A DNA stretch of 63,542 nt, filler included, from Bipalium vagum (Eukaryota): NCBI GenBank assembly GCA_037834085.1. It is 3 parts of 3 records of this genome, joined end to end, with 100 filler letters (N's around TTAATTAATTAA, not from the genome) between each part and the next. Parts side by side here need not be neighbours in the genome. Positions count along the whole stretch, not along the records: positions 47,676 to 63,542 come from JBBMKC010141443.1; 2 more parts are not named here. One strand, given 5' to 3'. A program made the position numbers and the translations under genes. Positions 56,001 through 63,542 of this stretch are shown piece by piece. The notes under the pieces were generated by a model. The model searched no databases. It was not told the origin of the DNA and saw nothing but the letters and a program-made list of their open reading frames with translations. Position 1 is the first letter of the stretch; each line of letters opens with the position of its first letter.

Positions 56001-59000
56001 GTTTATTATTTTACTTAATACTTCAAGAAAATAAAAAAGAGTATGAAAATTTACAATTTCCAGGGGCATTAGTAAGGTGGGCTGTTTCGCAGAAATAGAT
56101 GCAGGACTTTTGCGTAGATTTTTTAGTGTAAGCAGAACCATTTTTCACAAAAAATAAAAAAAGAAAATTCATTAATTAAAGTATCAGTATCGTTCATTCT
56201 GTCCTGAAAAAATATTCCATCCTTTATCATAAAAAAAAACTATACAAAAGGTATCAGCAACACATTAGAGTTAAGTAATAATGTTGATTATTAAATATTC
56301 ATGTAACAGATGAATGCCCCCAGAATAATTGGTTGTTACATTAAAAATATTATTATTATTATCATATTAAAAAATTGCGGATTGTTCATTAAGTCTAGAC
56401 TTAGACAAATCCAATTTTTTAATATTTTCCAATACATTTTCAACATTCACTTGATCGGAATAATAATCTGCAAACTCTTTTTTTAATGTGATTTTAACTA
56501 TTTATCACCATAGGCTTGTACGGGGGCTTAAAGATTTTAATTAAGGGAGAATTATGGTCTATTTTAAGGCATTTATCATAGGAGTTGTTCAGTTACTTAT
56601 TCTGCTCATCGCTTAACATAAAACAGAGTCATCGTAAACATGTCCACATTCGATATCTTTAAATGAAAATAAAGTTATCCGTTATACTTCAGTATATTAC
56701 TTCAATAAAGGGAATATCAATAACCGTTTACAACAACATCAATATATCATAATTAAATAAATTCAATTTACATTTTTCTAGGAAATAGAATTTCAGAAAT
56801 TCAGTATACAGGGTGTGCCATAAGTCACCGCGGAAAGTAAACTTAAATATTTCTTAAGCAGATTGAAATTTTAATCCTTGCTTTATAAAATTAAAGACAA
56901 ATCTTTTAATTTTTATTTCATATAAAAATATTTACAACAATTGTCCGAAATGTCCACCATTAACTGATATACATAAATTCATCCTTTTTACAATATTTTA
57001 AAATACGCTATTTAAAGTTTCTGTGGTAGCACTTTATTTCTTCGGTGATTTTTGTTTTCAAATCTTCAATATTTTGGATTTCAGATTTGTATATCTTATT
57101 CTTTAAATGGCCCCATAAATAAAATTTCAGAGGAGTTAAATCTGGTGAACGTGGAGACCATCGAATTGAACCACCTCTTCCATTCCACCTATTCGGAAAA
57201 TGAACGTCAAGATACTGTTGTACATTTGTTGAAAAGTGCGCGGGAGCTCCAACTTGCTGTAATACCAGAGACCGTACTTTGTACATTTTCCTCACTTCAA
57301 ACATAAAATAGCCTTGAAGCATTGATAGATAATTTTGGCCATTAACAGTCTCATCTTCAAAGAAATACGGACCGATAATTTTATTTTTGACAATTTCAAT
57401 GTAAGTGTTTATTTGTTTAAATAAGTCGATTTTATCGATTTTTTTTGCAGTAAATTCAAATTTTAAAAATGGTTTCCATTGAATAGTGCAAATTGTTTTA
57501 CTGATAGCTAAGACGGAATCTGTCACATTATTTTCATAAGACATTTAGAACCCGTGAAATGGAAAAAGATTCCTACACCGAGAACAATGAGAAAGTCATT
57601 CGCAAAAGTGAAAGGACTGGGAGTGCTTGTAATCTTTGAAAGTCTGGAAGACAATAAATCGAAAATGAGAAATCGAAATGAAAAAATAATTAATCTATTT
57701 CGTTTCTTAAAATTTGATCCAATTAAAATTATATTTAAAACATCGAAATAAATTAATGATAATAATAAAGCAAAATTAATGTAAACAATTATTTAATGAT
57801 ATTTATCAAGGACGAGAAAACTCGATCACCCACTTGATCACATTACTCTTACATAAAAGTTTCCCTGGATCAAGCAGATCCAGACTCGACAACTTCAGCG
57901 TTAATTTCGTCTTCAATTTAATGGTATTTCATTTAATGGCAGGATCACGAGATCAATATAGAATTAAATAATTTATAAAAAATAAATAAATAAAATTTCA
58001 GCTTTATCTGTTTTTATGTATAAACGGACTCATACGAAACGAGGGTCTGTGATATTCATAAAGAAGATGAAGAAAAATATCTGTTCACACTTTGAGACTG
58101 GAATCAAAGGAGAGCTTCAAATAAGAAGCGCGGAATGAAAAATGACATAAAATAATAAAATCATTAAAAGATTGATTAATCATAAATTTTCAGCTCAGAG
58201 TTTGGGAAACGTTTTTGAACTTTGATAATACTTTATGGAAAAATAAAATTGATTTTGTCTGTTTTGTTGAAATATCATATCATCAGAATAAGACATAATA
58301 TTTTATATTTTATATAATATTTAGAAATATAATTTTTTAAAATTTAATTATCAAAGTAAAATAATGTTGTAAATATTAAAAATATGAAATTAAGATCGGA
58401 ACCATCCTGGCCCTATAATACAGATTCTTTGTTTCATTAAGTTCTACCTTATAAAGTAAATGATAAAAGTGAAAGGGTCCACCTCAGTCTGACCAAGATA
58501 TAGAAGATGCTATCATCACAGGTTTGGAGATCTATAACTACACCAGATTAAATATCTGGCTAAGATGAAAAGAAATGGGAAAAACTGGTTGGTATAGTTC
58601 ACCAAACATGAAAAAACGTACATTCCCTGGATATTTATTGTCTTGATCTCAATTTTTAAGATTTCTTCCAAGTGTGTGAACCTTGTCTTTCACAGAGATG
58701 TCTTTTAATGTTTTCTATGTCTTGAGAGTGACATAACATGGCAATACAGATCGATGATCTCGATATCGGCCCGGAAAAACTCTTCCATTCATTATAGACA
58801 TAATTATATTATCATAATAATTTAATTTTAAGAAAATGAACTTTATATTATTCTTTAATATAGTAATAATAATAATATATTATTAGTAGTAACAAATCAT
58901 TTATGTTAATACTATTTATAAATTAACGTGCATTTATCTGTTTATAGATTTTATAGATATTTTCTTTTATTTATTTATTTTTTAAAACAACATTTTTGTA

Positions 59001-60080
59001 AACATTATATTGTTTACTTCTTCAAGGTAACACAATTTTACCAATAATTAAATGAATTATTTCCCCCGAAAAAAAGATAATTCTATAATAAAAAAAGTTT
59101 TCTTGTTTTAATGAATGAAAGTTTATTGAAAAAATATGAAATTAAATAAATTAAGAATTAAATAAATAAAGAATTAAATATATTTTTTGTAAATTATTAT
59201 CGATAATAAAAAATATTTTTGTTTTTATGGAATAAAAAATGTTCTGTAAAGTTTATTCATAAAATCTTTGATAAAACTTTGACTTCAAATAAAAACCATT
59301 TGACAGAGCTTTTATAATTTTTTGTCAAATAAAAAAAACGAAAGAATAATAAATAAAGATCTGAAAGATAAAAGTTATAGAAAGACCGACATCAACTTGA
59401 AACCGGAAAGGAGAAATATGTATGAACTTTATTTTCATCCCTGGAAATAAATAATTTTTTTTCATTATTCTTTATGTGGATCATAAAAAGTTTATTATTT
59501 AAAAATAATATTATTTTATTATTTTGATGTCCAAATCTACATTTGAGGAAAAGGGATTTTACGTTCTTAAATATAATAATCAAACGATAGATATATTTTA
59601 CGGTGAAATTTGGCTCCTTTTCGGAAAATATTTTCTTGAAATTTATTTTTTCCCTTTTTTTTCTGATAATTAAAACAAAAAATAAATGGTCTAACCCAAG
59701 ACAAGATTCTTCGCTCTCCACTGAACTTTGCCGTGCTGGTTGTTGACAATGCAGGATATGACAACAGAATCATTGATGAGAACGTAATAATCCGTAAGAG
59801 GAATTTCCTTGAAACATTGAACGTACTGTTTCAGTTCTTGAGTCGTGCATTTCTGAGATTGAGCTATGGGAAAGGTCGAAGAGTCGTCTAAAGTGGGAAA
59901 TTGGAAATGAAATTTTTTCGGAATATTTATCGACGAATTATTTATGGGTTTCGGTTTATGGAAAAGGGGACTGTCGATTACGACATTGAAGTCGGTCAGT
60001 ATGGTCGAATGGTTAAGAAGAACCAGATATAAAGTGTGCCATGAACCGTAAAACGTAAACAGGAATACCAAATACTCCAT
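53092..60080 (-). CDS. Nephrin/Kirre(NEPH)-like immunoglobulin-superfamily cell-surface protein, first three exons (signal peptide + two Ig domains)
   Basis: Phase-consistent exons 60080-59696, 53751-53572 and 53454-53092. Ig1: FKEIP…VVISCIVNNQHGKVQWRAKNLVLGYDRSVPGMPRIQIVGDVTKGEHNLQINNVQPEDSGDYECQV. Ig2 (C2-type): LLCVSHGGIPAPIFHWY…ISCVTKNKA. The QW-x5-LG and PG-x-PR pattern is typical of nephrin/Sns/Hibris/Kirre first Ig domains. Confidence 0.8.
56809..57400 (-). mobile_element. DD41D (rosa/Visitor)-type transposon 3' part
   Basis: IIGPYFFEDETVNG…QQ(V)GAPAH…RWNGRGGSIRWSPRSPDLTPL(K)FYLWGHLK. There are 41 residues between the two mutated Asp positions. TA-CAGGGTGT terminus at 56809. Confidence 0.85.
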
Positions 60081-60744
60081 AATGATTTCAATATAATTTA
60101 CAAAATTATAATAAATATAACAACTTTTCATTTCGCCAATTATATTAGAATATTTTTGAGCCAATGAGAATTTGGCTTCAAATTTAGAAATACCAAATAA
60201 TTTGATGGAAAATATTATTTATTTTTTTATTATAACATTATCTTTATTTAGCTAATATGTCAAAGAAATATTATTGAAAAAATATTATTTTATTTATTTT
60301 TTTGAAAACCCATAATTTATGAATAATGATTTTTCAATTAAAGTTCCGTTTCAAAATGTTTTCCCCATTTGGTTTCATTAAAATAATCATATTATTAAAA
60401 TTAAAAAAATAATATTTATTTTAACTAATAATATTTTTATTTATTTATTTAAAATAAAAGTAAAAGAACATAATATTATTTATAATAATTTTATATAATG
60501 TACATAAAATGTGTATACTAATAAGAAATGATGTTTTGTTTTTATCAGATTTAAAATAATCGCATTAAAACAAATAAATTTCTTCGACAAAATATCATAA
60601 GTTGATTCATGTTACATGACAGGCTAATAAATATATTTTATAAAATATTAATTTATATATTTTTACTCATTACAAAACATTTTAAAACTATATTTATCTT
60701 TAGAATATTATGAACAAAAATAATGTTAATCTAAAATTATTACA

Positions 60745-61370
60745 CAGGATGTGTAAAGTAAGTATCCGAATTTTGAGCCCAGCAAAAATTGTGTCATCAT
60801 TGAATATATTCATTTTACCTTTTATAAGAAATAAAATTTCTAAAATGTAATATAATTTAAATGCTACGAAATGTTCGATTGTTTTAATAAATCAATCATA
60901 TTGAATTACATTGCACTAAATTCGAATTTTAGTAATTATATTCACTGACGAAAAAGTGCACATTGTTTTACTGATAAGATAGAATCTGTCATATTAGTCA
61001 GACGGCATTTAGAACACTTGGAATGGGAAAATATACATACAGAGAGAATAAGGAAAAAGATACTATCAAAAATCAAAGAGACAAGGAGTGCTTGTAATCT
61101 TTGAAGTCTGGAAGACCATTGATTGAAGATGAAAAAATATGAGAAATATGTTAGTTTTATGAACATGTGAGAGATCTGAAGAATCAGATATTTAGAAGAA
61201 AACCAAAAGATATCTAAGACTTAAAAGATATTATTAAAACTGAGAAACCTAGAATATCACCAGACATATGTCAAATGTAACGAATGACTTCTACAATCCC
61301 TTAAATAAATGCATTAAAGTTAACGATCATTCTGTAGAAAAATATTAAATTTTAATCAATAAACATTACT
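60745..61370 (+). mobile_element. Decayed DD41D-like remnant sharing a ~200-bp segment with 57480-57700
   Basis: LKNQIFRRKPKDI*DLKDII; shared GGAGTGCTTGTAATCTTTGAA(A)GTCTGGAAGAC. Confidence 0.45.
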
Positions 61371-62264
61371 GTGAAAAATCAGAATCCTTATGTTGAATAT
61401 ATTAGAGATCTTAATGTAGAGATCTTAACTATTAATAAAAAAATTTGGAACAATTTCCATTTTTCCTAACACCAAATTATAGTCACATTAAAACAAATGG
61501 CCTTTGAATATTTATCAAAATAATTATTAACTCATAAAAATTTAAATATACTCAAAATTTGCATAGAAAAACGTTTTTAAAAAGTTGAAATAATAAATTA
61601 AATTATCTTGGCATCCAGTTTCCTCTTTGAAATTGAAAATTAGTGAAATGAAAATTAATGATTTCTCAAAGACCAGGTTGGACTGGCTGCCAGAAGATCT
61701 GAAAGATAAGCTGAGTGATATTGAAACATACTGTTGCATTATGTCTACTTAAGAATTTTTTGCAAAGAAAAGCGATATCAAATAGAGGTCATGTTACTGA
61801 CCTGGTGGAGGAAAATCTACTTGGCATCATTTCCCTTCAAAGGTGGTGAGGATAAATTTGGAAACTGAGTACCCTTGGAGGAAATAAACAAAAGATCAAT
61901 TTATGCTGTTCTATGTGCATCATAAAGGAGAGGTATAAATAGATAAATATACCCCGGTAATATTTGTTTTACAAGTCAGGCGAATTGCATGTCTTCTTCA
62001 GATATTACTAAGTATTACTAAGATATACTAAGTAAATAAAATTTCTACTTCCACTTAACTTCGTTTCAGTTTAAATATGCGTTGCTAAAAAGGTTTTCGC
62101 TAGGTACTCAATTTATTCAATTACCCGTCTATAGGTTTGCTTAAGACTTTAGCATAATTTCGTGGCGTTTTGATATATTATTTTAAAAGGAAAAATATTT
62201 ACGATAACCTATGTTTGAAAATTTCGACATTTAGACAAAATAATAATCGGTTTTGCATCACAGT

Positions 62265-62760
62265 ACAAGGGCGGTCTCTTAGATTTTGCAAATGGTGCAT
62301 ACAAGTCTACAATGGTCAAATATTATTATATAAAACAAACCTATACTAAGAATTATAAATTTTGTTTAAATATATCAAAGTCTTTGTTTACAACGATTGA
62401 TTAAAGAACATAATCAATGAAGAACATATCATTTGAAAGCACAGAGATTGTTTTACATGTCCATAGGTTTTAATTGACAATTTTCACAATTTTCTGGTTT
62501 ACATTATTTTGTCATGTCAGAAAAAACCAAATACAAGCCATTGAATTATACGATTTCAAATCAAGAAATAATATGAATAATGCAAAACTGGTTTAAAATA
62601 TCACGGTCGTAGATGAGCCTGGAATGTGATAAAGGTGGTGGAAGTCAATCGTTAGTTGACAATGATAAATTGCAAATTCTGATCCAGGCTAGACCTCTTA
62701 CAATGGGAGGAAAACATCGAAGTTCCGTATATGCGAGCCTTATGATTGAATTCGTTAGTG
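62265..62760 (+). mobile_element. mariner 5' remnant
   Basis: TA-CAAGGGCGGTC terminus. Peptide NWFK…MSLECDKGGGSQSLVDNDKLQILIQ. Confidence 0.6.
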
Positions 62761-63269
62761 GAATAAATAAACTTATTTTGAGTTGTCAGAAATATGTTGT
62801 TTGTCACGGGGTTTAATTTTTATTAATGATATCTCTTAAAAACCGATATTTTGTCTAACCAGTCTGGTAGATTTGAATAAAAACTATTTATATAATTGAT
62901 TAAAATTAAAAAAAGGTTGCATTTTGTGACGTCTCGTTTTCAGATCTAACGATACTTTTCATCCAAATACCCTCCAGGCGTTAAGAAAGTCCATCTAACT
63001 GACAGAACAGCAGAGGCTGTCGCTGATGTCTGTCCACTTCACAAAATATAACATGTCACAGTTTGAAGCTAATTTGGTAAGACTGAAAAATATCTTTTCG
63101 AAATCCAAGGATAAGCAAATATCAGATTTGTATTTATAATGGTTTTACTTCGGACACCTGGCCCGGCCTATTATTAATGTCAATAAAATTTAATATTTTA
63201 TTTCTTTTTTTGTTTAAAATAGGCAAGGATCACCAACAAGTGCCGAGTAAAATAAAATTCATTGTGTTC

Positions 63270-63330
63270 AAATTCAATAATTATCCCGACCACCTAAGAG
63301 CACTTTGGTGGACTCATCAGTTTAATCAGA
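63270..63330 (-). ncRNA. Degenerate hammerhead-ribozyme-like motif
   Basis: CUGAUGA, then stem GUCCACCAAAG/CUUAGGUGGUC, then GGGA (in place of GAAA), then palindromic AUAAUUAU. Stem I is poor. Confidence 0.35.
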
Positions 63331-63542
63331 AAGAATTAAATTTCCCTCTGTTTTGATGGAATTAATTATACCTTTTCACAACACTACAAGTGACAATCTC
63401 TAGACGAACATAAATCTCAAACCCCCTTCTTTAAGTCATATTCCAAAATTAAATTTTAATAAATGACTTGAATTGGGGATTCTGGAAAGGTGATACTTCA
63501 GACTTCACTTTACACTGGAGTAAGGATTTGGTACTCCTTAGT

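Noticed and set aside
1-63542. CRISPR arrays, rRNA, tRNA or prokaryotic defence systems
   Set aside because: None seen; the DNA is eukaryotic with spliceosomal introns.

Overview
Very AT-rich, intron-containing eukaryotic (animal) genomic DNA from a draft scaffold with four N-gaps. The AT content, ~50-nt minimal introns and mariner load are compatible with a planarian-type invertebrate, but that is only an inference. Three spliced genes can be reconstructed by hand. (1) Plus strand: a POMGNT1-like GT13 glycosyltransferase gene that starts upstream of the window; exons are clear from 2437 to 21692 and the 3' end (~25445) is uncertain, with degenerate catalytic motifs. (2) Minus strand: a complete 16-exon carboxypeptidase D gene (46107-26605, 1237 aa in my model) with signal peptide, one catalytically intact M14 domain, two degenerate repeats, a TM helix and a cytosolic tail. 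(3) Minus strand: the 5' part of a nephrin/Kirre-like Ig-superfamily gene (60080-53092). Introns and intergenic DNA are full of decayed DNA transposons (mariner, Tc1, DD41D, pogo/Tigger, Merlin), including a mariner nested in a Tigger. The most interesting signals are the CPD domain architecture, the probable POMGNT1 pseudo-enzyme, an antisense intron-nested spliced orphan ORF, and decayed hammerhead-ribozyme-like motifs. No convincing wholly new multi-gene system was found. All homology calls are from motif recognition, not database searches.
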